Shown here piece after piece: positions 16,861 to 27,957 of a stretch of 64,000 nucleotides of DNA. The position numbers were made by a program, and so were the translations under genes. Where the stretch lies: positions 32,001 through 96,000 of the forward strand of contig CAVXTH010000006.1 of assembly GCA_963764625.1 (NCBI GenBank), written 5' to 3'. The stretch is from Candidatus Krumholzibacteriota bacterium (lineage in GTDB: Bacteria; Krumholzibacteriota; Krumholzibacteriia; JAJRXK01). Below the pieces are notes generated by a model, which was given only the letters and a program-made list of their open reading frames with translations, was not told the DNA's origin and searched no databases. Each line of letters begins with the position of its first letter. Position 1 is the stretch's first letter.

Positions 16861-17539
16861 ATGAAGAAGCTAATGATTCTCGCCGCGGTTCTTGGCATCC
16901 TCGCCATGGCTTCCATGTCGTTTGCCCAGAACATCGGTATCACCTTTGATGAGGCCGGTACGCAGACCACTCTTGATGGCCGTACGGGTCTCCTCCCAAA
17001 CCCGGCCTTGGGGAATCTGCCGTCGGCGTTCGTGTATGTCGATCGCCTACGACATTCCCGAGGTCTTCGGGTACGAGTACATCTCAGTTCGACGATGGTA
17101 CCGCAATCGCCGGCAGCTCCCGTCTTCTACCCCACCGCGACCAGTGCCAATTTCGGCGTCGGCGGTGACGTACGTGTGGGTACGGGTGTGTGCTTCGCGT
17201 GCGGGTAGCGCCGAAGCTGGCCCCGGTTGCGACCCAGATCCGTCTGGCCAGCACGTGTTCTCTTTCTTCGCCACTCCCGCCGATGGATGTCATCTATACG
17301 ATCGGCCCCATTCGACGGGAGCAGGATGGGACGGCCCCGCATTACACCGAGTGTGTCAGCAGTCCTACGCCGCTGGACTTCGGTCTCGCGAACCACTCCC
17401 TCAACCTCGGTTGCGCGCCTGATGGTGCCGCGGTCGTCGTTCTGCAGTGGGACGCCCAGAGGACACTCCTGCGCGCTGCAATCCTGAGATCGTAGGTTCG
17501 AAGGAGACGAGCTGGGGTGCTCTGAAGTCCGGCTTCTAA
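16861..17539 (+). CDS. Secreted beta-rich (possibly cohesin-like) protein with C-terminal SWGALKSGF tail (several frameshifts)
   Basis: GGAGG RBS, signal peptide SFA-Q, IGITFD start; coherent segments alternate between frames; ends CNPEIVGSKETSWGALKSGF* at TAA 17537. Confidence 0.7.
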
Positions 17540-17575
17540 GCCAGGATTGAACGAATCCTCCTCCTGGAGGATGAC

Positions 17576-17609
17576 AACGCGGCTCCGAGGACTCGGAGCC
17601 GCGTTTCTT
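17576..17609 (+). terminator. Intrinsic terminator
   Basis: AACGCGGCTCCGAG/CTCGGAGCCGCGTT stem followed by TCTT. Confidence 0.8.
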
Positions 17610-17915
17610 CGTGCTCCCCTGAGCCTGAGGACTGTCGCTCGGGCCCGCGGCTTCGTATATTGCCAGCGCCGCATCCGGTCGAGTCCCAGAGTGTTCCCGG
17701 TAGGGCCGAAGACGGGAATTCACTTGACCTCCACGGGAGCGCATGGTACTGGAATTCAGATTCCATGGGGCGCGCGGCTTTCCATTCTTGGCGAGGTGGG
17801 GTGGTGTGGGTTGTCCGCGGCGTGGAACTCTGGACAATCGAAAGCTCTTATCCAATCGGCCCTGCGTGCGAGTTCGCTGCGCGGATGGGCCTGGGATCTT
17901 CAGGAGGAGTTAGGT

Positions 17916-18666
17916 ATGAAGAAGACGGCCATCGGCGTTCTGGTTGTGTTGGCGATGGCAGCGGGCTGGATTGCCCCCGCGGCAGCTACCGACGCGCCTT
18001 ACAATCCTTGGGGCTGGATGTTCCTGAGTACGGACACGAAAAACTATGTGTGTAGTGGCACCTACGCCGGCAGCGCCACGCTATCGATCTATCTCATCAT
18101 CGAGGCGCCCAACTGGGGTGTCGCCGACAACTACTTCGGCATGGAGGCCGGAGTCGACTATCCGACGGCGCTGTTCAATACGCGGATGGGAACCGACGAG
18201 GCGCCCAATGGGGCCTTCTTTGCCGCATCCTGCGCCGCTGGACACTGCTCGTTCGCCGTGGGGACGCGGCACGCCGGTCCACACGAATCCCTGGACCGCG
18301 GTGACTCTGGACTTCGTCGGGTTCAGTAACCTCGACAATCTCACCTTCAGTCTGGCGCCGTGGGACATCGGCAGCCCGCGCACCCTGGGCGGCCCCGGCT
18401 GGTCCTACTACGACAACCTCGACCCACCGGTTCTGCCGCTGCAGGCGGGCGATGGCACCGAGGGCCATCCCGGCTGGCAGCAGGGCTTCGTGGTGTTGAA
18501 CTACAACCAGGGGACGGCGGCGTCGACGCCTTTCCCGGCCACCGTCTTCCGCGACGATGGCAGTGGGGTGCCCTGGCCGAACGCTGACGCGGGCGATCCT
18601 TGCCTGCGCACCAAGTTGGTTCCCGCGCAGGAGAAGTCCTGGGGCTCGCTGAAGGCGGCCTACTAG
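17916..18666 (+). CDS. Secreted beta-rich (possibly cohesin-like) protein with C-terminal SWGSLKAAY tail (frameshift near 18266)
   Basis: AGGAGG RBS, signal peptide AAA-T; second half in ORF 18046-18666 ends LVPAQEKSWGSLKAAY*. Confidence 0.75.
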
Positions 18667-18698
18667 ACCCGGTCGTCGTCGGGCCGAACGGTCTGAAC

Positions 18699-18736
18699 GC
18701 GAGAGAGGAGGGCCCCCTCGGGCTCTCCTTTTCGCA
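18699..18736 (+). terminator. Probable intrinsic terminator
   Basis: GCGAGAGAGGAGGGCCC/GGGCTCTCCTTTTCGC hairpin after the stop. Confidence 0.6.
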
Positions 18737-18768
18737 TGAGAGGGGGAGGGGGCCTCGGAGGCGCCGAA

Positions 18769-18798
18769 TTGACCCGGCCTTCCCCGTGCGACTATACT
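18769..18798 (+). promoter_or_regulatory. Putative sigma70 promoter of the C25 peptidase gene
   Basis: TTGACC-N18-TATACT. Confidence 0.6.
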
Positions 18799-18925
18799 CT
18801 CTCAGAAGGCCGCTGGCCGGCCTGTAGGCTCTGGGCTCGCGCTGAGTGAGGAGTGGCTCCCGCGTTGGGTCCGTGTGGCAGTCCTCCCTCCCCTGAAGAA
18901 ACCCCCCTGGGACAAGGAACGGCTC

Positions 18926-21900
18926 ATGCCGCGTCACATCCGTTTGCTCCTCTGCCTCACGGCGGTTCTGACCGCTTTCGTGCCCCCCGCAGCGGCCGCG
19001 ACAATCGCGGGATGGCAGGTCCTGGAGAGCAGCCCCCAGCGGCTTCACCTGCGCATCGAGCTCCCTGTGGCCACGGTGGAGACGGTCGACGAGGGGAGCA
19101 CCCGCTACCTGTCTCTGAGTCTGCCCGGTTTCCTGTCTCTGGCGGAACCGGGACTTCCCTTGCTTCCCCAGCAAGGGGCCTGGATCGCAGTGCCCCCCGA
19201 AGGTGACGCGAGCCTGCGGGTCACGATCTTGAAGACGGAGCGTCTGCCCGCCGGGCGCCTTCTGCCCTCAGCTACCGCCGAGCCGCCGCTCCCCGGAGAG
19301 CATCCGAATCCCGCGAGCGTGCGCGAAGTCACCGTCGAGGGCCCGGGATACGCCACCTTTCGCTCCGGAAGCGGAAACCTCGCGACGCTGGGTCAGCCGG
19401 TGTGGTCGCATGGGCAACGCATGGCGCCCCTGCGACTACGTCCGTTCCTGGTGAGCAATCCCGGCGCGCCGGTGGAGCAGGTCACCTCCCTGGATCTCGT
19501 GGTCGAATTTCCGGCGGCTGGCGGAATTACCGGAGCTGGGGGAGAACTCGATACGGTCACGCTCTCGCGGCTTCTGAACCCCAAAGTTGCCGCCGGCTGG
19601 CATACCGAGAGCCCCCAGACGCGCCTGCGTCGTTCCTCCGCCCTGAAGAGCGCGCAGTTGAAGACATTCCCGAAGGCCGCGGCCGCCGATCAGATCGTTC
19701 CCATGGACCAGTTGACGCTGTTGAGCGACGAATACCGGATTCCGGTGAGCGCCAGTGGTTTGGTCCGCGTTCATCTGGCCGATCTCTTCGGCACCCTCGG
19801 GTTCCCCAGCGGGATCCGGCACGAACAGCTACGACTCTACCAGAAGCGTCCCTCGACTCCGGGCAGCGCCAGCTACCCGACGCCGCTGAGCGTGGACGTT
19901 CCCTTCCATTTCTACGGGAGTCCGGATCCCCAGAGCGAGATCACGTAGCAGCGACATCATCATCTTCGATGCGGTTCCCATCGACCGGGACAACGTGGAT
20001 CGTCAGTTACAAGGCGAGACCCTTCCCGCCGCCATGAGCGAGAGAGTCGACAACTACAACGCAAGTGACGTGTACTGGTTGGCCGCGATCGAGCCCAGCC
20101 TGGGCGCGTGGGCGCGAATGGATCGCGAGAGTTTCACCGCCGCCACCTCTGCCGCGCGCCAGTACTACGACTACGAGGAGTGGTTCAGCCAAGATGTCTT
20201 CTATCAACCGCATCCGGTCGACGTCGCGGACGCGCAGTACTTTTGGAACGGGCCGCTCACCACGGAGACGAGACTGCCTCTCCGGCTGCGCCCCATCGAT
20301 CCGACCTCAGCCCTGATCGTGAGGTGGGTGTTCGCGAGCAGCCTGCACAGCTATAACCCCGATCCAGGGGGGCAGCTCGCCACCAGCTTCTATCTGGAAT
20401 ACGACGACGGCACCAACCGAACCCTCTTGAAGACCCTCGACATCAATGATGCCAGTGGAGAAAACGACCCCGGAACCTACGGCTCTCCGACCGCGGTGAG
20501 CGATACCCTCGCGGCCGGGTCTTTCAATGCGGGGGCGCTCCGTCTGCGCTTTCACAACGTGAACGAGAGTAGCGCGGTGTTCCACTTCTCCCTGGTCGAC
20601 AGCGTGAGTCTGCGCTACCGGGCGGCGTACGCGGCCGAGTTCAATCGGGCCGTGTTCAACACCGGCGTGGTGTCGCAGGAGGCCAGCCTCTCGATTCCCG
20701 GCTTCGACTCGTCGGAGATCTTTCTCGTGGACACGAGCGATCCGCGCGCGCCGCGTTGGATCGATCTCAGTCCCGAGAATCTGGTGAGCGGCGGAACCTC
20801 GACCACACTCAGTCTGCAAGTTCCGCCGCTTGGGCAGACTCCCCGGTCCTTTGTCGCGGTGGCCTCGGTGGAAATTCCCCGCGTGGCCCAGGCGGACATC
20901 ACCCGCAGCTCGACGCCGATTCTCACCTCGAGCGTGGACGACCTTCAGGTCCTGGTGATCGGTCCGCAGCAATTCGAAACCGCGATGCAGCCTTGGCTGC
21001 AGTGGCGGCGTGATCACGACCGTGACGGTTGGAATTACGCCTACGTCGACGTGCAGAAGATCTTCGACCAGTTCTCCGGCGGACTGCGGGCGCCCTCCGC
21101 GGTCAAGGAATTCTTGCACTACGCCTATACCATGTGGGATGCGAAGGCCGTTTTGCTGGTGGGTGACGCCAACGAGGACCATCGCCGCATCACCCGGGTC
21201 GGACCTGACTATTCGGGAACGGAGGATTTCGTTCCCTGCCCGATCCATCTTCAGTACTTCAGCGACTTCGAAGCGGCGGCTTCGGACAAGTGGTATGTGC
21301 TGTTCGACATCAACGACAATCAGTATCCCAACTACCTCAACAAGGGCCCTGACATGCTCTTCGGCCGCCTGCCGGTTCATGATGCGGCCGAAGCCGCTTC
21401 CGCGGTGGCCAAGATCATCGCTTACGAGCAACCCACCGCGGCCCAAACCTGGCGGAAACGCGCGATCATGGTGAGTGACGACGCGTACAGCACGGGCAGT
21501 CTCTTGGGGGCTGCGGGCAGCGCGAGGTACTTCTTGAACAGCGCGGAACTGAGATTCCAGTCGGTGCAGGAGCAGATCGCCAATCAGGCGAACGGTTTTC
21601 TGGACGGTACGGTGGACGGGATCTCTTGGGCTCTGGACGACTACACCTCGCAGATTCGTGGGCCGGATACCTCCTACGATCTCAGTTATCTCAACTTCGT
21701 GGTGCAGCAGGTCGCCACGACCGTCCGCCCTCAGTTTCTGGCGACCCTGGGGCAAGGCGCATTCATGGTCAACTATCAAGGTCACGCGGCTTACAACGTC
21801 TTGGCGCACGAGAGACTGTTCGAACACCTTCCCGGCAATCCTTCCCCGGTCGGAACGATCGGAAACGACGGCAAGCCGTTCCTGTTCTTCGGGATGGGCT

Positions 21901-23213
21901 GCCATCTCTCCGACTTCATTCGTCCGTCCGAACTCTCGGCCAGCGATTCACGAAGCCTCGGTGAGTCGCTGCTACTGCATCCCACCGCCGGCGCGATCGG
22001 TGTCTACGCCAGCAGCGCGTACGAGTTTCTCTCGCCGAACGTCGCGTTCGGTATCCTCATCGCCAACGAGTTCTTCGGTTCGACCCGTAGCGGGCAGGTG
22101 TTGGGAGAGAACGATCCACAGTGGATCGTGGGCGACGTATTGGCGCAAGCCGAATGGAATCTCTTCGCGGCGCCGACCTCCCAGATTCCGCAGATGATCT
22201 CGCAGTACGAGCTGCTCGGAGATCCGCTCTTGCGAGTGGACGCGGCGCCCCCGCGCGTCAGCGTTTCGGGCGACGGTCAACCGATCGCCGAAGGCGCGTC
22301 GGTCCTTCCCGTCGTCGGCTCGCGTACACTCTCGTTGAGCGTGGGCGCGGTCGACGAGTCCGGAGTGGACCGCATCGAGTTGAGCGAGATCTCCGACGGG
22401 CAATCGACCGATCTGAGTCAGCTTCTGGTACCGCAGAGCGGAGCGGGTCTCGATGCGCGTAATTGGCTATCATTGGCTGACTTAGCTGTACAGGCGCGAG
22501 GTCTCGACGGCGGGGTCAGCTACCAAGTGAAGGTCTACGACCGGGCCTACCCGCAGCTTCGGCCGACCACCTTCAACTTCAAAGTTCCCTTCGATCTCAC
22601 GGTGGACATCGATGGCCAGCCCCTTCCCAGCGAAGGGCACGCGATTCCCTCCGGCGCGTCGAGTGTGCTCTCGCTCGACTTCACGAGCCCCATCTCGTTA
22701 GACGCTTCGGAAATCGAGGTGGAGCTCACCGGTCTCACTCTTCAAGGCAGCATCGACAAGCAGATGCAAGACTCCGATGGAAGAGAATGGATCGTGAGTT
22801 TCGAGGCTTCCGGCTCGAGCGGCACTCAACAAAGCGTCCTCTTGCGACTGGCGGGAAGCGAGACCGAGATTTCACTCGCCGGTTCTGTGGCTCCGCCGGA
22901 GTTGGCGATCAAAGCTCACTTTCCCATTCCGAATCCGGTCGATCCCTCCCAAGGTGGAACGAGGTTCGTGGTGGATCTGACGGCTCCCGCCGCCTGGGCT
23001 CGTGTGACGATCTACGATCTCAGCGGGAGGCCGGTGAAGAGCGTGAGGGAAGACGCTCCGGGCTCGGAAACCACGATCGTTCTCCACTGGGACGGACGAG
23101 ACCGAAGGGGCGACGAGCTCGCCAACGGCACCTATCTCTACCGGATCGAAGTCGCGGGGCAAAATGGTGATGTGCACGGAAGCGGGGCGGGCCGTATCGT
23201 GGTGTTGCACTGA
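18926..23213 (+). CDS. C25 family cysteine peptidase (gingipain/PorU-like) with propeptide and FlgD-Ig C-terminal domain (frameshift near 19945)
   Basis: Signal peptide; propeptide EPGLPLLP; IFDQFSGG, LLVGDA, FGRLPV, NYQGHA (catalytic His), MGCH (catalytic Cys), ELLGDP; tail PIPNP..IYDLSGRPV..WDGRD..GTYLYRI; about 1430 aa if joined. Confidence 0.88.
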
Positions 23214-23268
23214 GGCCCTCACGCCACCGTCCAAGACCCCTCAGGGACGATCTCCCGGATTGCCGGAG

Positions 23269-24231
23269 GTGATTCCGCTGAAGAATCCGCCCGATGATAC
23301 CTCGCTGTTTTCGGCTCTGCGATCGTTGACCACCGAGGCCAGAAATCCCCGCACCATGGGGATCGATCTGGCGAGCACCGAGGAAGTGCTCTCCCTCATC
23401 CACCAGGAAGATCGTGGTGTCGCGGACTGCGTGCGCCAGGTCATCCCCGAATTGGCCAAGATCGTCGAGAGAGTCAGCGCGGCCTTCACCGCCGCCGGAA
23501 GCCTCTACTACGCCGGCGCCGGCACCTCCGGACGACTTGGCGTTCTGGACGCCGCCGAATGTCCTCCGACTTTCGGCACACCGCCAGAACTGGTGGTCGG
23601 GCTCATCGCCGGTGGCCACGAGACCCTGGTTCGCAGCCGGGAAGGGGTCGAGGACCAACCCATCGAGGGCGCCCACGCGGTCGACGAGCACGAGCTGGGA
23701 CCCCACGACGTACTCGTGGGAATCTCGGCCAGCCGCCGCACGCCGTTCGTGCACGGGGCACTGAAGAGAGCCAGGGAGAGAGGGGTGTGGACCGCGTTCT
23801 TGGTCTGCAACGCCGTCGCCGGAGAAGTCGAGGACGTCGCGGACCTGGTGGTCGAAATCGTGGTTGGGCCGGAGGCCATCACGGGCAGCACGAGAATGAA
23901 AGCGGCCCTCGCGCAGAAGATGGCGCTCACGATGATCACGACCGCTTCCATGGTTCGAATCGGCAAGGTGTACGAGAACCTCATGGTCGATCTCAGGCCG
24001 ACCAGCAAGAAGCTCATGGAACGGGCCAAGGGAATCGTCATGCATCTAGGTGGAGTCGAGTACGACGAAGCCGCGCGTCTGCTCCGTCTCACCGACTGGA
24101 ACGTCAAGCCGGCAGTGATCATGGCGGCGCGTGGTGTCAGCTTCGAGAATGCGCAAGCACGATTGAAGGCGGCAAGCGGCTTCCTACGCCCGGCTCTCGT
24201 TGAGGAACCCACCGAGGAACGGTGGTCATGA
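23269..24231 (+). CDS. murQ: N-acetylmuramic acid 6-phosphate etherase
   Basis: TEARNP, GAGTSGRLGVLDAAECPPTFG, GPEAITGSTRMKA, YENLMVD. Confidence 0.96.
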   Translation: MIPLKNPPDDTSLFSALRSLTTEARNPRTMGIDLASTEEVLSLIHQEDRGVADCVRQVIPELAKIVERVSAAFTAAGSLYYAGAGTSGRLGVLDAAECPPTFGTPPELVVGLIAGGHETLVRSREGVEDQPIEGAHAVDEHELGPHDVLVGISASRRTPFVHGALKRARERGVWTAFLVCNAVAGEVEDVADLVVEIVVGPEAITGSTRMKAALAQKMALTMITTASMVRIGKVYENLMVDLRPTSKKLMERAKGIVMHLGGVEYDEAARLLRLTDWNVKPAVIMAARGVSFENAQARLKAASGFLRPALVEEPTEERWS

Positions 24232-25292
24232 AGCGCGTACTCTTGCTCGGACTGCTGGCTCTGCTGGCGGCCTGCGGATCGAAGGAGGCAAAGGAGGAGG
24301 AGCAAACTCCTCGCACTCTGCCGGTGGAGAAACCGTTTCTGACGCTCTCGGTCCTGAGCGATTCTTCGACCGTGGCTCGGGCGGGCCGCGCCTGGTCCGA
24401 GCGTGAGGGAGTGGACTTGAAGCTCCTGCCCCGTGGCCCTCAGCAAGCGCCTGCCGCCGAGGTGGCCCTGGTCGAACGGCAGGATGACGGCGGACGGCCT
24501 TGGCTCTTGGCCCCCTACGGACTTTTGGTGCGGCTCGATCTCCTACAGGACGCGGGACAGGCGACGAAGCCTCCCGCTTCGTGGCAAGCTCTCGCGGTGC
24601 TCGTGAGAACCATGGAACGCAAGGGGAGTGGCCTTGGAATTCCCGAGCCGAGCGAGGGCCTGCACCGCCTTTTCCTGCCCCTCTACTGGGCCGCGCGCGA
24701 CGAGGATTCCGGCCCGCCTCCCCGCCTGGACACCCCTGCGGCCGAGGGGGCGCTGGCCTTTCTCGTCGCGCTCTCGCAACAAGCTCTACGAAGTTCTCCG
24801 CGCGAACTCGAGGAGTCGTTTCTCGCGGGTAAGCTGGCATTTCTCAGCTGCGATCTCGCGTGCGCGCGCCGTATCCAGCGCCAGAGTCCCCAGTTTCGGC
24901 TCAAGCTCTGGCCCTGGCCGCCCGAGGAAGCGGGAGGGACAAAGGTAGCACTGGCGCGCACCCGTTCCTGGGAGGTGCCCAAGGAGTCCCCGCAGCCCCA
25001 GCTCGCCAACTCCCTGCTGAAGGAGTTCTACTCTCCACAGCTCGCCGAGGCCATCGGCGATTCCCTGGGCGAATGGACCCCGGCCGTGGGCAGCGAAGGT
25101 GGCGGGGCCTTGGACCTCACGGCCGAAGTGAGACCGCTCGTGCACCCCTGGCCGACAGGGGAGCACGCCCATCTCCTCTCCGAGGCTCTCGATCGCGCGT
25201 GCGACGCCGCTCTTGACCGCCGCCGCAGCCCGAAGGCGGCTCTCGCCGAGGCCGAGGCCGAGTTTGATTCGAAGGCTGACTTGTCCCGATGA
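24228..25292 (+). CDS. Lipoprotein, divergent extracellular solute-binding protein
   Basis: Lipobox LAAC; PPASW..L, FLAGKLAF and SPKAALAEA patterns of sugar-binding SBPs. Confidence 0.6.
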   Translation: MKRVLLLGLLALLAACGSKEAKEEEQTPRTLPVEKPFLTLSVLSDSSTVARAGRAWSEREGVDLKLLPRGPQQAPAAEVALVERQDDGGRPWLLAPYGLLVRLDLLQDAGQATKPPASWQALAVLVRTMERKGSGLGIPEPSEGLHRLFLPLYWAARDEDSGPPPRLDTPAAEGALAFLVALSQQALRSSPRELEESFLAGKLAFLSCDLACARRIQRQSPQFRLKLWPWPPEEAGGTKVALARTRSWEVPKESPQPQLANSLLKEFYSPQLAEAIGDSLGEWTPAVGSEGGGALDLTAEVRPLVHPWPTGEHAHLLSEALDRACDAALDRRRSPKAALAEAEAEFDSKADLSR

Positions 25293-25315
25293 GCGTCTGC
25301 GTCTAGCATCTCGAC

Positions 25316-26518
25316 ATGCTTGCCGAGCTTCTCACAGAACGTCTCTCGGCGCGGCCATTGTTCGCCGCGGGACTCATGTCCGGCACCAGTTTGGACGGAG
25401 TCGACGCGGTCCTCATGCGCCTCGACCCCCCCGAGGATCCGCGCCAGTGGCAGATCATGGCCTCCTGGAGTGGACCGTTCCAAGAGGTGGCGGCGGAGCG
25501 TTTGCGGGCCATCGCGGAAGGGGGGGCCACCGACGCGGGCGAGCTGAGCCGGATTCGCATGGCGGTCGCGCGCGACTACGAACGCGCCGTGCGAGAGGTG
25601 TGCCGCCAAGCGGTTCTCAAGCCCGAGGACCTGGCCTACGTCGCGGCGCATGGAGTCACCCTCTGGCATGCCCCCGCCAAAGGGGGTGGGCATACCTGGC
25701 AAATCCACGCGGGCCCCGCGCTAGCCACCTGGCTCTCCACCGTGGTCATCGACGACTTTCGTACCGCCGACGTGGCGGCGGGCGGCCACGGCGCGCCCCT
25801 GGCGCCGATCGCCGATCTCCGTCTGCGGGTTCATCCCACCGAAGATCGGGTCATCCTCAATTTCGGCGGGGTAGCCAACCTCACCGCGCTGCCCGCTGGC
25901 GCCACGAGCAGCCATGAAATCTGCTGCGGCGACGTGGGTCCGGCGAATCTCCTGCTCGACGGACTCAAGCGACGTCAGACCGAGGGGCGCGAACACTTCG
26001 ATCGTGACGGCAAACTGGGTCTCTCGGGTCACCCCGACCCCAGTCTGGTGCGCGCGATGTTGGAGGAGGGTTGGGCGCGCATGCCGCTACCTCGTTCCTT
26101 CGGGCGGGAGCAATTCGGGACCACCTATCTGGACAGTTTCCTGCATCGCGCGTCGCATCTGAGTCCGGCCGATCAAATGGCCACTCTGGTCGCCATGGAA
26201 GCCGGCGGGGTGCGGATCTTTCTCGAAGAGCTCTGCGGGGGCTGGAGGCGCGGCCAGCAGACGAGACTCGGGATCTATCTCTGCGGAGGGGGACGGCACA
26301 ATCACGCCCTGGTGGACGCGCTCGAGCTGGAGATGCCGTACGCCAAGATCGACGGTATCGAAGCTCTGGGGACGCCGGCCGATTTCAAGGAAGCCGTGGA
26401 CTGGACTCTTCTGGGATGGCTGACCCTCAACGCGCAGGGAGCCGGTCTGCCCCATCTTACCGGGGCACAGCGCGATCTCGTCCTGGGCTCTCTCCACGCA
26501 CCGACTCTTCTCCGATGA
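25316..26518 (+). CDS. anmK: Anhydro-N-acetylmuramic acid kinase
   Basis: GLMSGTSLDGVD, DFRTADVAAGGHGAPLAP, NFGGVANLT, CGGG, KEA. Confidence 0.95.
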   Translation: MLAELLTERLSARPLFAAGLMSGTSLDGVDAVLMRLDPPEDPRQWQIMASWSGPFQEVAAERLRAIAEGGATDAGELSRIRMAVARDYERAVREVCRQAVLKPEDLAYVAAHGVTLWHAPAKGGGHTWQIHAGPALATWLSTVVIDDFRTADVAAGGHGAPLAPIADLRLRVHPTEDRVILNFGGVANLTALPAGATSSHEICCGDVGPANLLLDGLKRRQTEGREHFDRDGKLGLSGHPDPSLVRAMLEEGWARMPLPRSFGREQFGTTYLDSFLHRASHLSPADQMATLVAMEAGGVRIFLEELCGGWRRGQQTRLGIYLCGGGRHNHALVDALELEMPYAKIDGIEALGTPADFKEAVDWTLLGWLTLNAQGAGLPHLTGAQRDLVLGSLHAPTLLR

Positions 26519-27957
26519 GCCGGGCTCTCTCCACCCGGCCGTGGCCTGCGCGGACGCGCGTACTTCGCATTTGCGGCCTGGTTCTTAGCCTCGTTCTTAG
26601 CCTCGTCTTTCTGTCGTGTTCGCATCCTCCCGCACCACGAATCGATGGCAAGACGATTGCACTCGACGCGAGTTCGCTGCCTCCGGTGGACGAAGAGGGG
26701 ATTCCCTTGACCAAGGACGAGGTCGAGCCAAGCCCAGAGGAAGTTCTCTTTCTGCCCGGCGGGGACTCGGTTCGCATCGGACTGGAAAGTGGTGCCGAAC
26801 ACATCGAGCTGCACGCAGAAATTCCCATCGAGATTCTGGATCTTTCGGGCAAGCGCTACGGCACCAGTCTTCGTCCGGGACGAATTCGGGTCACGGACAG
26901 TCGTCGTGGATTCCTCCTGGATGGGCCCGGCTTCGACGCGCTCGGAGTGGCGGGGCGAGGGGTTCTGATTCGCGGGAGAAAAGGAGAGATCTGCTTCTCT
27001 CACGAAGGAAACGTCTACACCGGTGACGCGCTGGTGGTGCGTCAAGCTGACGGTCGAATGGCGCTGGTGAACGTCGTTGATCTCGAGAGTTACCTTCGGG
27101 GCGTCATTCCCTGGGAGATCGGCCGGCCCGGCATGGAGTCGATCGAGGCGGTGAAGGCTCAGGCCATCGCCGCGCGCAGCTATACCGTCGCCCACCTCGG
27201 ACGGCGCGAAGAGCTTGGTTTCGATCTCTGGGACAACGTGGCCGACCAGGTCTACCGCGGACTGACCGGCATCAACCCGGTGACGGATCGCGCGGTGCAG
27301 CAAACCAGAGCGCAAGTGCTGCGCTACGAGGGGGAGATCGTTCAGGCCTACTACTGTAGCACCTGCGGAGGGCATACCAGTTCCATTCAAGATGTGTGGC
27401 CACGCGAGGCGGTGCCCTATCTGCAGGGCTTGCGAGACGCACCTCCGGGCGAAAGCGCGTGGTGCCGGGAGAGCCCGCATTTTCGCTGGACCGTGGTCTG
27501 GAGTGCACTGGAGTTGGGGGAGATCATCCGCGCACACTTGCCCGCGGAAGTCGATCCCCGATTGACCGCCCGCCAGGTCGGCGTGCTCGAGGGTCTGGAA
27601 GTTCTCGAGAGCGACAGCAGCGGTCGCGTGCATCGACTGAGAGTGAAGACGAGCACCGGAAGCTGGGAAGTGGTGGGGGACAGAATTCGCTGGGTGCTCA
27701 GGCCGGCCCGCAGCCGATTCGACATTCTGCAGAGCACTCTTTTCCGACTGGAGGAATACCGGGACGAAAAGGGTGTCTTGATCGGAGTGCGGCTGCAGGG
27801 TGGTGGCTACGGTCACGGGATCGGGATGTGTCAGAGCGGCGCACTGGCCATGGCGCGTGCGGGGCGCAGCTGCGAGCAGATTCTCGAACACTACTATCCG
27901 GGCACCCGCATCCAGTCCCTGCGTGGGGGACGCGGCGATTGGGCGAAGACGCCATGA
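26515..27957 (+). CDS. SpoIID/LytB domain lipoprotein (lytic transglycosylase)
   Basis: LESYLRGVIPWE, KAQAIAARSY, DQVY, STCGGHT, GYGHGIGMCQSGA, ILEHYYPG; lipobox FLSC. Confidence 0.92.
   Translation: MSRALSTRPWPARTRVLRICGLVLSLVLSLVFLSCSHPPAPRIDGKTIALDASSLPPVDEEGIPLTKDEVEPSPEEVLFLPGGDSVRIGLESGAEHIELHAEIPIEILDLSGKRYGTSLRPGRIRVTDSRRGFLLDGPGFDALGVAGRGVLIRGRKGEICFSHEGNVYTGDALVVRQADGRMALVNVVDLESYLRGVIPWEIGRPGMESIEAVKAQAIAARSYTVAHLGRREELGFDLWDNVADQVYRGLTGINPVTDRAVQQTRAQVLRYEGEIVQAYYCSTCGGHTSSIQDVWPREAVPYLQGLRDAPPGESAWCRESPHFRWTVVWSALELGEIIRAHLPAEVDPRLTARQVGVLEGLEVLESDSSGRVHRLRVKTSTGSWEVVGDRIRWVLRPARSRFDILQSTLFRLEEYRDEKGVLIGVRLQGGGYGHGIGMCQSGALAMARAGRSCEQILEHYYPGTRIQSLRGGRGDWAKTP

Noticed and set aside
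15007-18800. Genomic island inserted at tRNA-Val (lower GC downstream)
   Set aside because: No integrase or duplicated tRNA 3' end seen; composition is explained by promoters and codon usage of probably highly expressed genes
19946-19948. TAG readthrough in the C25 gene
   Set aside because: The downstream part is in a different frame, so it is an indel rather than an in-frame stop
26581-26606. 12-nt tandem repeat GTTCTTAGCCTC x2
   Set aside because: In-frame duplication in a signal peptide; too short for phase variation
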